A stretch of DNA of 64,000 nucleotides from Planctomycetaceae bacterium (GTDB lineage Bacteria; Planctomycetota; Planctomycetia; Pirellulales; Thermoguttaceae), in NCBI GenBank assembly GCA_031277105.1, contig JAISLW010000268.1, positions 98,698-162,697 of the forward strand, read 5' to 3'. The notes beneath the pieces were generated by a model. It was not told the origin of the DNA, did no database searches, and saw only the letters and a program-made list of their open reading frames with translations. How positions within the stretch are numbered: the first letter of the stretch is position 1; each line of letters opens with the position of its first letter. This document shows, piece by piece, positions 33,548-42,322 of the stretch. The position numbers and the translations under genes were made by a program.

Positions 33548-36500
33548 TTAATCTCTAAATTTAACAGGTTCTTTAGGAATTACTTCAACAATCATTTTTG
33601 GCGGTGAAGAACTTCGACTGTATCGAAGCACTTTTATTTGTGTTCTAGCGGGTAGTGCTATTTCGTCAAGTGAATGCCACGTTGTCCCTTTATTACCTAT
33701 TGGAATAATATACGAACCAACAGGCACATGAATTTCAATTATACATTCGCCAAATGCTTCTTTATGTTTCGGTTCATTAAAAGCCGTTTCGGTCGCAAAT
33801 GTTGAAACTATACCCAACCATACAAATTTTTCGCCAACTTTGTGATTGTCAAAATGATTAAAATCATGTACTCTTCGATATAAAATTAACGGTACTTTTG
33901 TCGGTTCTGCAATTTCTTGTAACGTTGCGAGGTCTTCTAACATTTGTTTGCCTGAAACTGTTACATTTTTTCCTGTTTTTGGGTTTTTATAAGTTTTAGA
34001 ATATTTTTTTAAATCGTTTTTTTGCTGTTCTGTTAGTTTACCTTCTGTTGATGCTTTATGCAACTCTTGTAAAGCGTATTCATCTTTTGCATCTCTGTCT
34101 AGACTAACGATGCCACTGTACGTTTTGATATTTGAATAAGTTTGAACTGGGCGTACTCCTTTTTCGACAGTTTCTTTTTTTGCCCAATATTTATCCACTA
34201 ATCGACTATTCAATGTTTTATGTGAATATTTGACGTGATCAAAATCAATTCGTATGTTACTGTCATACGCCACATCAATATTTACCAGATCGTTAAACAA
34301 ATGCGATAAATGATCTACTTTGTTTGCCGCTTTTCTTACAGTATTAATATAATCTTGAACGTCGGGAAGTTTATTAATAGTATGCCTGTTGAAGTCGCCA
34401 GATTCAAGTATTTTTTGATATTTTTTTCGTTTAGGAACAATTTCGGCTAAATATTTGTCTAGATCTATGCCCGCCTCTTCTATCTGTGAAATATACGATC
34501 TCGCTTCTTTATACATATCGACAACGTATTTTTCATACAGGATATGTTTTCTTTGTGCAATATCGGCATATTTATGCTTGTACTCTGTAATTTCTGTATC
34601 AATTCTTTTTAGCATTCGTGATGCTTGACCAGTAATAATTGAATCCTTGTAATCCGCCGCTAAAGCGGCCGCTCGTAATTCGCTAGCCTCTTCTATTCTT
34701 ACTTTGTTACGTAATTTTTTATAGTCAGAATCAGCGTCAAGTATCATTTCAACATCGATTCCGATTGCTTCGGCTTCTGTTTTGTCCTGTTCAAAACGTT
34801 CCTTTAATTCGGCTTTGGCTTGTTTCAAATTGTTAGCGTGTATCCTAACGTTATCGTCTAATCTTTTTGCGGTATCTATTATTGATTCTTTGGTGCGTTT
34901 TATTTGTTCTGTTTTTGTCAATCGTTTTGCGATTTCGGGCGTTACCCAAGTACAACGGCAGTTTCCAGTCCAAGTGCAAAAACCATTTTCCATCACGTAA
35001 ATCGTATGCCATTTTTCTAACTCGACACAATACACTTTGCCCGTATGTTGCGTGATTGCTCTAGTCAATGACTGCGAATTGACAGCTACGTGATGCAATC
35101 GTGAAATTCGATAACAAATAGAATTTATTTGAATTGATCGGTCAATAAATTGTCGACTAACGCTAGGGCTACCGCCGCAACGCAAAATCAAAAAACATAA
35201 ATCAGACATTAAACGACGCGACGTTGCAAGATAATAAATTTCCGTTTTGCTTTCATTCGTCAACTCAAGATTACGTAAAAATTCATAAACAATTGAAACA
35301 TCCGCATACTTTATTACGTCGGGTACAAACGTATTATTGCCGTTGTCAATTTGTCGTAAATGAGCCGCAAAATACGTATCGCTAAAAGGAATACTTGTAT
35401 TGTTAGTATTGTTAGTTTTGATACGGTTTAGAGTATTGTCAAGCAGCCAAACGGCGACGCATTGAGCGTACAATTTAATATCAATTTCATACGAACCTAC
35501 AAAAACAGTTTTAGTTGACTGCGACTTAAACCGATGCATTCGCGTAGGCAAATAATAACCTTGAACCAAATTTTCATCGGCAATTTTAGCGGCGTCGATA
35601 AAATGAAACGACATATCAAAACGTCTCACGCAGTACATTTGGTGATTTGCCGTTACTGTCAATTGGAAGCGTCGCCCTTTGAATTCTATTGCGTTTCCGT
35701 TGTAATCGTATTCGATTTTTTTTGTTGCTTTTATGAAATCGGTTTCGCCAGTTTCGGGATTTTCGGACAAGAATAAATCATTTTCAACATCAATTTCAGA
35801 AATTGATTTCCATCCTTTGTCGGTAAAAATTTGCGTGTTTGGTTTTGTGAAGCAGTTCGGGTGGACGGGTATCATACCTCTTGCTTTTGCGATTGGTAAT
35901 CTTATGCCTTCGTTTTTTGCGCAGGCGGGGCAAACTTTGTTGTCGCCTGCGGTGTGCCATTCGGCTACGGCTGCGACTTCTTTTATGCCCATTGTATCGT
36001 AAGCGTCTAATTGTGCTTCGGCATGAAATTCAACTAACAAATCGCGTGAACCTGTTATGACGTTTTTTGCTTGTTTATCGATTTCGGCGAGTACGGCGTT
36101 ACCTATAATTGACGGCGCTTCTTTGCGGTTTACGCCGGTCAATATGATATTTTCGATGGCGGCGCCTAATTGCGATCCTTTGTTTGCGTAATACGACGTA
36201 TATTTTGTCAACAACGTTTTATGCGTATTGGCGCTTGCCGTGCTTGTTTGTACGGCGGCGAAAAAAGCGTCTTTGTTTCCCGCTTGGTAATCGGCGGGAT
36301 TTTTTATTTTTTGAGAATAAGCGGATGTTGATTTATGACCGTCGGCGTATGCTCGGTTCACGCCGTGTTTGTACGCCATATCTGAATATTTTGCAATAAA
36401 CGCCGTATCGATTAACGTTGTTATGCCCGCTTTGATTGCTTGCGTCATTTGCGTTACGAACATTTCGTCGTATTCATACGTAGTAGTTCCGTTTTGCGTA

Positions 36501-36640
36501 ACGGGCGTAACTTGTAATTGTTTCAAAAACGTATTTTTGATCTGTTTGGCAAACGCAGTATAACGTCTCCGTATTTCCGCCAACATCGGTCGTCTGATAC
36601 TTTGCATTCGCGTAGGGTCTTGCTGCATTGCTGTAGCCAC
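33548..36640 (-). CDS. MuF / SPP1-gp7-like minor head protein fused to a C-terminal ADP-ribosyltransferase domain; interrupted by an intein
   Basis: The MuF-family signature P-x-H-P-N-C-R-C is split as ..IPVHPN|C...N|CRCTW. The C-terminus has an R-S-E-like ART triad: LILYRRV (Arg), IVSTFATE (S-T-x), LDEIALPAR (catalytic Glu in an E-[IV]-x-L-P context). Confidence 0.65.
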   Translation of the reverse strand: MATAMQQDPTRMQSIRRPMLAEIRRRYTAFAKQIKNTFLKQLQVTPVTQNGTTTYEYDEMFVTQMTQAIKAGITTLIDTAFIAKYSDMAYKHGVNRAYADGHKSTSAYSQKIKNPADYQAGNKDAFFAAVQTSTASANTHKTLLTKYTSYYANKGSQLGAAIENIILTGVNRKEAPSIIGNAVLAEIDKQAKNVITGSRDLLVEFHAEAQLDAYDTMGIKEVAAVAEWHTAGDNKVCPACAKNEGIRLPIAKARGMIPVHPNCFTKPNTQIFTDKGWKSISEIDVENDLFLSENPETGETDFIKATKKIEYDYNGNAIEFKGRRFQLTVTANHQMYCVRRFDMSFHFIDAAKIADENLVQGYYLPTRMHRFKSQSTKTVFVGSYEIDIKLYAQCVAVWLLDNTLNRIKTNNTNNTSIPFSDTYFAAHLRQIDNGNNTFVPDVIKYADVSIVYEFLRNLELTNESKTEIYYLATSRRLMSDLCFLILRCGGSPSVSRQFIDRSIQINSICYRISRLHHVAVNSQSLTRAITQHTGKVYCVELEKWHTIYVMENGFCTWTGNCRCTWVTPEIAKRLTKTEQIKRTKESIIDTAKRLDDNVRIHANNLKQAKAELKERFEQDKTEAEAIGIDVEMILDADSDYKKLRNKVRIEEASELRAAALAADYKDSIITGQASRMLKRIDTEITEYKHKYADIAQRKHILYEKYVVDMYKEARSYISQIEEAGIDLDKYLAEIVPKRKKYQKILESGDFNRHTINKLPDVQDYINTVRKAANKVDHLSHLFNDLVNIDVAYDSNIRIDFDHVKYSHKTLNSRLVDKYWAKKETVEKGVRPVQTYSNIKTYSGIVSLDRDAKDEYALQELHKASTEGKLTEQQKNDLKKYSKTYKNPKTGKNVTVSGKQMLEDLATLQEIAEPTKVPLILYRRVHDFNHFDNHKVGEKFVWLGIVSTFATETAFNEPKHKEAFGECIIEIHVPVGSYIIPIGNKGTTWHSLDEIALPARTQIKVLRYSRSSSPPKMIVEVIPKEPVKFRD
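34961..35854 (-). mobile_element. intein (298 aa) in the HPN|CRC motif of the MuF-like protein
   Basis: Insert begins CFTKPNTQIF and ends TWTGN, followed by +1 Cys. Removing aa 263-560 restores PVHPN-CRCTW. The middle region has degenerate LAGLIDADG-like blocks. Confidence 0.6.
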
Positions 36641-36770
36641 ATTTCATCTCCATTATATTTATCGTATTTGAATTTTCGCAATTATACGGATCGTAATAGA
36701 GTCACAACGCATCGTGTCTCTATGAATAGTTAGACGGACAACGGTAAACCCCAATGCAAGTGTGAACGGG

Positions 36771-37112
36771 TTAAAAAGTTTTACCGTGTTTGTGTTGACG
36801 TGTTTTGTTAAATTCCATTTTTGCTTGCATTGCTTTTGCTATATCCCAATTTCGACCGTATGCCAAATCCATTAAGCGTATAATCAAATCGGCTAATTCT
36901 TCTTCAACTGCCGAAAACGCAGGAATATGTTCGCTTGCAGGATTGCCGTGTCGCAAACCTTCCAGCGCTTCCGATAATTCAGAATGCATCAACGCAATAC
37001 ATTCGCCGTTGTTTCGTTCCTCGTCCCAAAAGCCGGACGTTGCGGATTGGTCAAAACACAACTTCGCAACTTTATTAAATTCAGCGATAAACGCATCGTA
37101 ATTAAAATTCAT
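36771..37112 (-). CDS. MazG-like nucleoside triphosphate pyrophosphohydrolase
   Basis: HSELSEALEGLRHGN....EEELADLIIRLMDLA is the E-x-x-E...E-x-x-D MazG helix pair. Start set at ATG 37112 (MNFNYDAF); the track start is a TTG inside an upstream hairpin. Confidence 0.7.
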   Translation of the reverse strand: MNFNYDAFIAEFNKVAKLCFDQSATSGFWDEERNNGECIALMHSELSEALEGLRHGNPASEHIPAFSAVEEELADLIIRLMDLAYGRNWDIAKAMQAKMEFNKTRQHKHGKTF

Positions 37113-37122
37113 TGATTTAAAG

Positions 37123-37148
37123 TAGAGCCGCAACGCATTGCGGCTCTA
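37123..37148 (-). terminator. terminator-like hairpin (same family as 23609..23634)
   Basis: TAGAGCCGCAA-CGCA-TTGCGGCTCTA. Both arms differ from the 23609 copy but pairing is preserved (covariation). It lies about 63 nt past the ParB-like stop. Confidence 0.45.
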
Positions 37149-37210
37149 TAAAAGTTAGCAGGTTAAGTTAAACAAAAATTCAAGGGCGAATAATTTAAAA
37201 CAGTTTAAAA

Positions 37211-37870
37211 TTATTCGTCGAAAACTATACTTCTTACTTTGGCGTGAATTTCTTTGTAAGACGGCGACCAGCCTGTTCGTTCAAATAAAGCGTCTAAATC
37301 AGCCCGTAACCGTTTAGCGCTGCGGGAAACAGATTTTGTCAAAAACAATAATTGTTCTTCTTCGTCTGTAATTGGCGGCGGTTCGTCGGCGTTCAATTCA
37401 GATTGTTTCATTTCTTTAACGGCGGCGTGAACAGTTTTTTCGCCGCGTTCTATCGCTTCCAACGTTCCCGTATCCGCTTCACGTTGCAATTTCGTAGCGT
37501 CGCTGACTATTCGTTTGGAAACGTTCATAACTTCAGCCGCTTGTTCTTGCGTATAATTTTTGTCTTGCATCGTCGATAATTTTGCGGCTATCGTTGCCCG
37601 TTGCGATTCGTTCAAATGCCGCCTGTGCAAGTTACGGGATAAAACGAAACCTAACGGATCGTCGCCAAGATACGTCTCGTAATCAGGTTTAATATTTAAC
37701 ATCGTGCAAACAACAGCCCTGTTCCTGCCATCAAGTATTTTGCCCTCGTACAACGTAATCGGCGATTGCAAACCGTTCTGCTCAACATCCAAACGCAACG
37801 CTTCCAATTCATCATCCGAACACATCGGAAACAATACGCACAATTCGTGAAATACAAATTTTTCCTTCAT
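37211..37870 (-). CDS. ParB/Srx-like nuclease-domain DNA-binding protein
   Basis: The N-terminal block LQSPITLYEGKILDGRNRAVVC matches the ParB-N motif (..P-I-x-V...-I-x-D-G-x-H-R). Confidence 0.7.
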   Translation of the reverse strand: MKEKFVFHELCVLFPMCSDDELEALRLDVEQNGLQSPITLYEGKILDGRNRAVVCTMLNIKPDYETYLGDDPLGFVLSRNLHRRHLNESQRATIAAKLSTMQDKNYTQEQAAEVMNVSKRIVSDATKLQREADTGTLEAIERGEKTVHAAVKEMKQSELNADEPPPITDEEEQLLFLTKSVSRSAKRLRADLDALFERTGWSPSYKEIHAKVRSIVFDE

Positions 37871-38264
37871 ATCTTTTTTACTCCTGTTCTGAATTTAAGA
37901 TCAACATTTGACCGTGCAGTCAAACGTCAAATAAAATCTAATAAAATTTAACTCTGTAACATTTATCATATTTAATGCCCGTTATAACCAAAAAATTAAA
38001 AACAAAGTCAATCATGTTACAATTAAATAAGATTTATCACGCCGATAGGTTCAATTTTTTTAGATAAATTAAAAGACCGAATCATTGACCGTAATTGATC
38101 CGTCATGCAATATACAAAATATGAAATTGCAGAATTAGAACGCTTGAGATAAAAGAAACAACCAAAACACAGAAAAATAAACTAGATATAAACGCAGCCT
38201 AGAAGCGATTTTGTTTTTTGCGTTAAATTTTTAGAATGGAATTTTTGTCTTTTTATTGTGCCTG

Positions 38265-38519
38265 CTAGTCAAACAGGCAATCAGCGTAAACGAGTAATTC
38301 GTCTAGATCATGTTCGTTGACAATCCACACGCAACGATATTCTTGCTGTTGGTCAAGTTTGTCAAAATCATAAGAGTAAAAACGCTCGCAATCCGTAAAC
38401 TCTTCGCTTTGACGCAACAAATCTAATTCGTCGTCATAACTTGACCATTTACAATCATACTTTTGAAATAACATACTCATTTCAAATATTGCGTTGTTTT
38501 TGATGCAATTGACTAGCAT
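38265..38519 (-). CDS. small acidic hypothetical protein
   Basis: 84 aa. Starts 3 nt after the ABC ATPase stop, and its first 11 nt lie inside repeat B. Confidence 0.45.
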   Translation of the reverse strand: MLVNCIKNNAIFEMSMLFQKYDCKWSSYDDELDLLRQSEEFTDCERFYSYDFDKLDQQQEYRCVWIVNEHDLDELLVYADCLFD

Positions 38520-38592
38520 TATTCAAAAACTTTGCATAAACAATTTGCCGTCGTCATTTAAGTCGTTCAATTCAAGACAAATTTCATCGGGA
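38509..38592 (-). repeat. 84-nt direct repeat B, copy 1 (3' end of ABC ATPase gene plus start of next gene)
   Basis: 82/84 identical to 41587..41670. Confidence 0.95.
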
Positions 38593-40283
38593 TTAAAAGA
38601 ATAAAGCGAACCGTCGTTTTGCGTAGGAATATCTGAGTCAATTAGAGATATAATGTATTGAATATTGTATTGCTTACAAATTGATTTCATTCTATTCAAC
38701 AATCTAATTTTTATTCTGTTGTCTAAACCTTCTATAATTCCATCGTGATAAACGAAACGGAAAAATGATTTTTGCGAATAATAAATTAACAACGCAATAT
38801 CAAACGCCATACAAAGTAATTTTTTATACGAAGTCCCTTCTGATTCCGAAGTTGAGTTTTTATCAATAAAATCAATATATTCGGCGGTAAAATCTATATT
38901 TCCCTTTGTATTTTGTTTTATTGAAATAATAGCGTCCGTACCTACAATATCTTTTAACAATTCATTAAATATTTTATTTATGTCTGCGTGATTTCTTTTA
39001 CCTATTGTTTCTTGAATAGTCTGTATTGTTTTCTGCATTTGATCGCCAATTACTTTTAACTCCTTATTGTACAACGCCGTCTTATCAAGTAATTCTAATT
39101 TTTCATTTAACCTGTCAATATCAGACTCTAATATAGATAATTGTTTTTGATACGTTTTGAATTTTGTATATGTATCTTTTTCAGTCAAAAAAGACAATTT
39201 TTCACTCTTGGCGTTTTCCAGTTCTACAAGTTCCGTATCAATCGAATAAAGTTCCTTTTCTAGTTTTTTCAAATTTTCTTTCAAGAATTTATTTCGTTCT
39301 TCTGAAATAGATCTGTTAAATTTTTCTAACTCGTCGTATTGTTTTTTTAATTTATCTGGAAAGTATAAATTTACTTCGTCAAAAAGCGTTTTTAATTTTT
39401 GAACGTTTATAGTATTTTTTGCGTTTCTTATTGATTCTTCAATTTTAGATATTTCATAATTTACGCGGTATCGGTCTGTATGCAACGTTTGAATTTTGAA
39501 ATCTAATTGTTCAATAATCTCTTTTGAAATATTCTTGTCTTGTAAGAAAAAATTAAATTTATCTATTGTTTTTTCTGCTATTATTTTTTCTCTTTGTTTT
39601 ATATCGAGTAAACTTAACAATTTATCTTTTTCTGTAATATCAATATTTGCGTCTTGTTTTAATATGTCAATAGTGTCTTTTATCTTTTTTGCTTTTTGTT
39701 CCAAGTCTGCTTTATGCTTGATTATGTCGGCGTTAAAACCTAACGCATCAAACACAAACGGTTTCCAATCGCTATGTTTTCCCTTAAATTTATTTAACTT
39801 AAAAACGTATGAATAATCTTGTTGAGTCCTTAAAAAATAAGTGATAGACTGCCTGTAAGACCAATTAGTTAAAACATCAAAATTTAAGTAATCTTTAAGT
39901 TTTTCTTTTGCTTTGTCAAACGTCAATTCAGTTTCGTCCCAGACAACAGGCGCAATAAAATCGTTTAATTCAAAATCGTTTTGCTTAAAAGATATTTTTG
40001 AAGCCGTATTTACGCCGCGTTTGATTACAAGATATTTTCCGCTGTTGAGTTTTATTTCTAAATAAAAAGTTTGATCCGAAAATATTGAATTGAACAAGAA
40101 ATGGTCGGCGGTAAATCTACCTAGCAACAAAAAATCAATTACGTGAATGAGCGACGTTTTACCCAAGTTGTGCGTATCAGTCTTGTTGGTTTTATCTTGT
40201 ATCGTCGCCAAGACTACGTTAAAATGTTCGTTAAATTTTACGTTCTTAAAATTCTTATCAGAAAATATTTTTACCAGTTTCAT
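38523..40283 (-). CDS. ABC-3C system ATPase (SMC/Rad50-like ABC ATPase with coiled-coil insert, DUF2326-like)
   Basis: N-terminal Walker A in NVVLATIQDKTNKTDTHNLGKTSLIHVIDFLL, a ~300-aa coiled-coil middle, and a C-terminal Walker B/D-loop FFRFVYHDGIIEGLD. Confidence 0.65.
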   Translation of the reverse strand: MKLVKIFSDKNFKNVKFNEHFNVVLATIQDKTNKTDTHNLGKTSLIHVIDFLLLGRFTADHFLFNSIFSDQTFYLEIKLNSGKYLVIKRGVNTASKISFKQNDFELNDFIAPVVWDETELTFDKAKEKLKDYLNFDVLTNWSYRQSITYFLRTQQDYSYVFKLNKFKGKHSDWKPFVFDALGFNADIIKHKADLEQKAKKIKDTIDILKQDANIDITEKDKLLSLLDIKQREKIIAEKTIDKFNFFLQDKNISKEIIEQLDFKIQTLHTDRYRVNYEISKIEESIRNAKNTINVQKLKTLFDEVNLYFPDKLKKQYDELEKFNRSISEERNKFLKENLKKLEKELYSIDTELVELENAKSEKLSFLTEKDTYTKFKTYQKQLSILESDIDRLNEKLELLDKTALYNKELKVIGDQMQKTIQTIQETIGKRNHADINKIFNELLKDIVGTDAIISIKQNTKGNIDFTAEYIDFIDKNSTSESEGTSYKKLLCMAFDIALLIYYSQKSFFRFVYHDGIIEGLDNRIKIRLLNRMKSICKQYNIQYIISLIDSDIPTQNDGSLYSFNPDEICLELNDLNDDGKLFMQSF

Positions 40284-40510
40284 ATCGTTACCATATCCGA
40301 TTGTTGGTTGTAGTTAATTTTGCCTAGTAGATATAAAAACGAAAGCGAATATTCAAACAGATCGCCTATTTCTTTGCCTACTTTTTTAATAATAGCGTTT
40401 TTTAAATCATCATATTTTATTATTCCGCTTCTTGCAATTTCGTACATTATCAAACCTGAAATATACAAAACTGAATATTTTATATCCGTGTGTTTGTCGG
40501 GCGAAAGCAT
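40280..40510 (-). CDS. ABC-3C middle component candidate (small all-alpha protein)
   Basis: 76 aa from ATG 40510 with a strong SD (AAGGAGAATTAATATT-ATG); the track start is GTG. ATGA overlap with the ATPase gene. Confidence 0.5.
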   Translation of the reverse strand: MLSPDKHTDIKYSVLYISGLIMYEIARSGIIKYDDLKNAIIKKVGKEIGDLFEYSLSFLYLLGKINYNQQSDMVTI

Positions 40511-40514
40511 AATA

Positions 40515-41435
40515 TTAATTCTCCTTTTTTCCAATATCACAATTACAGTACATATAGTGTAACAAAATTCGCACTAGTCTTTTTTTGCCCTTCAAGTCGG
40601 CGTTATTATTGACCGTATAATCATAAAACGTTTCTAACAGATTTTCAAATTCCACAAATTCATTTCTTCGTAATGTAATCTTGGCGTTTAACTCGCTTAT
40701 TGTATCGTCGTATAAATCTTTTAATCCAGCGTTAATTGGAGAAACTAAAAAGGTTTTTATTTGATTAAAATATTCAAAATTACGTTTCATAACGTCGTCA
40801 AAATAAGATTTACTTAATTGGTTCAACTCGTTTTTCTTTTCTATCTCAATTTTTGTAAAATCAATAAGATTAGGCAAGACTGTTGTTTTCTTAAAAGTTT
40901 CGTTTATTGCTATAATAATTTCTTTTAGGTCAGATTCGTCAAATTCTAGTGGATTCAGTAGATTCTTGAGATTTGCAGTACGTACAATATCAGGATATGT
41001 TTGTAAAAGTTGTTGTATTTTCTCATTGGCGATAATCTCATAAACAACGTTTTGTTCATTAAATAACTCGGCTATTTTGCCGTCTTGAACTCCTGTTAGT
41101 TTTCTGTTAGTAAACAATAAATAATAATCTAATTCGCCGTTCTGTTTTAACGTTTGAATAGAGATTATTTCGTTTTTCAAGATAGTATAAAAATCGCTGT
41201 CCGAGCAACTCGCATTTTCTTTAGTTGTATGTTTTGCTTGAATAATTATTTTTCCATCCCAAGGTTTAGACTCGCTTGGAAAACAATTCGCCTGTCCAAT
41301 AAAGCGCCCGTCTTTTCCGCCGTCTTTGCCTTTAGTAAACGGGATAATTGCTTCGCCTAATATTTTATTACAAATGAGTATTACAAGTTTTTCAAACTCG
41401 TCATCATTTAATTCTTGCAATGGAAATTGACTCAT
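40515..41435 (-). CDS. ABC-3C effector candidate: N-terminal Mrr-like PD-(D/E)xK restriction-endonuclease fold plus helical C-terminal domain
   Basis: DDEFEKLVILICNKILGE...GKDGGKDGRFIG...GKIIIQAKH fits the F-E-x-L-V...G-x-D-x-G-x-D...[VI]-Q-x-K nuclease core. Confidence 0.6.
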   Translation of the reverse strand: MSQFPLQELNDDEFEKLVILICNKILGEAIIPFTKGKDGGKDGRFIGQANCFPSESKPWDGKIIIQAKHTTKENASCSDSDFYTILKNEIISIQTLKQNGELDYYLLFTNRKLTGVQDGKIAELFNEQNVVYEIIANEKIQQLLQTYPDIVRTANLKNLLNPLEFDESDLKEIIIAINETFKKTTVLPNLIDFTKIEIEKKNELNQLSKSYFDDVMKRNFEYFNQIKTFLVSPINAGLKDLYDDTISELNAKITLRRNEFVEFENLLETFYDYTVNNNADLKGKKRLVRILLHYMYCNCDIGKKEN

Positions 41436-41503
41436 TTTTAAACAATCCTTTCAATAATCTACTGTACCTTAATCGTCATTTTTGACATATAGTCAATTGC
41501 AAA

Positions 41504-41573
41504 AATTATACAGATTATCGAACAACAAGCAAATACCAAAAAAAATTCGTCCTATTGATTCTGTATTTTGTCG
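41504..41573 (-). repeat. 70-nt direct repeat A, copy 1 (upstream of the ABC-3C cassette)
   Basis: 70/70 identical to 43372..43441. Confidence 0.95.
41505..41532 (-). promoter_or_regulatory. sigma70-type promoter inside repeat A (TTGCTT-16 nt-TATAAT)
   Basis: Minus strand reads TTGCTTgttgttcgataatctgTATAAT, about 70 nt upstream of the ATG at 41435. Confidence 0.5.
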
Positions 41574-41586
41574 AGTGTTTGCACTA

Positions 41587-41670
41587 TTGACTAACATTAT
41601 TCAAAAACTTTGCATAAACAATTTGCCGTCGTCATTTAGGTCGTTCAATTCAAGACAAATTTCATCGGGA
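41587..41670 (-). repeat. 84-nt direct repeat B, copy 2 (orphan relic of the ABC ATPase 3' end)
   Basis: Begins 2 nt after the stop of the HIRAN gene. Its two differences from copy 1 are both synonymous in the frames used by copy 1. Confidence 0.95.
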
Positions 41671-41671
41671 A

Positions 41672-42322
41672 TTATTTATAAATTCTAATAAAAACTCTGT
41701 TTAATCTACCGTTTTTATCGATGTCTTTGATTTTAATTTGCAAATCTTGACCGCCTTTTTTATAGAATGCTCTTGAATGGACGATTTTTACATAACCTAA
41801 AAATACGTCATTTTTGAATACTTTGACTGCTTTGTTGTCATGTTCATTTTTGGGGTCGTATTCCCATCGTAACATATCGCCTTCTGTCAATAGTTCAGGC
41901 GATACGTTATAACGAGAAATGTCGCAAATTTCACTGATAAATGACACTCCATTTAGAGGCGTGTAATCAGCCAAAAGTTCAAAATTATCAATAGCGAGTA
42001 ATCCTTGCGTGTGTGCTAGCATATAATATTTATCCGACGTGTAACGTTTATCAATTTCCCAATAATCATAATATTTCTGTATGTCTTCCCTAATAGGATT
42101 TATAAGACGATGCCCAAACGTATCTAATACATTCTTGGTATAAGTTTTCGTTAAATCAGAAAAAGCAACATAAGAGGTAAAACCAATTTCATCAGCCTTC
42201 TTTTGGTCAATCAAATAACGAAAACAAAATTCGCCGTTACTTTTTTTTATCTCGCCTACAACATGTCGATCCATGTCATTACTCTGCCGCCAAACTAAAT
42301 ATAAAGAACCCAAATATTTCAT
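41672..42322 (-). CDS. HipA-N-terminal-subdomain-like (HipS-like) + HIRAN domain fusion protein
   Basis: The C-terminal GDMLRWEYDPKNEHDNKAVKVFKNDVFLGYV matches the HIRAN core (G-D-x-L-x-L...N-x-x-D-x-N-A-[IV]-x-V...-L-G-Y-[VI]). The N-terminal LYLVWRQ..HVVGEIKKSNGEFCFRYL resembles the HipA N-terminal domain. Confidence 0.6.
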   Translation of the reverse strand: MKYLGSLYLVWRQSNDMDRHVVGEIKKSNGEFCFRYLIDQKKADEIGFTSYVAFSDLTKTYTKNVLDTFGHRLINPIREDIQKYYDYWEIDKRYTSDKYYMLAHTQGLLAIDNFELLADYTPLNGVSFISEICDISRYNVSPELLTEGDMLRWEYDPKNEHDNKAVKVFKNDVFLGYVKIVHSRAFYKKGGQDLQIKIKDIDKNGRLNRVFIRIYK

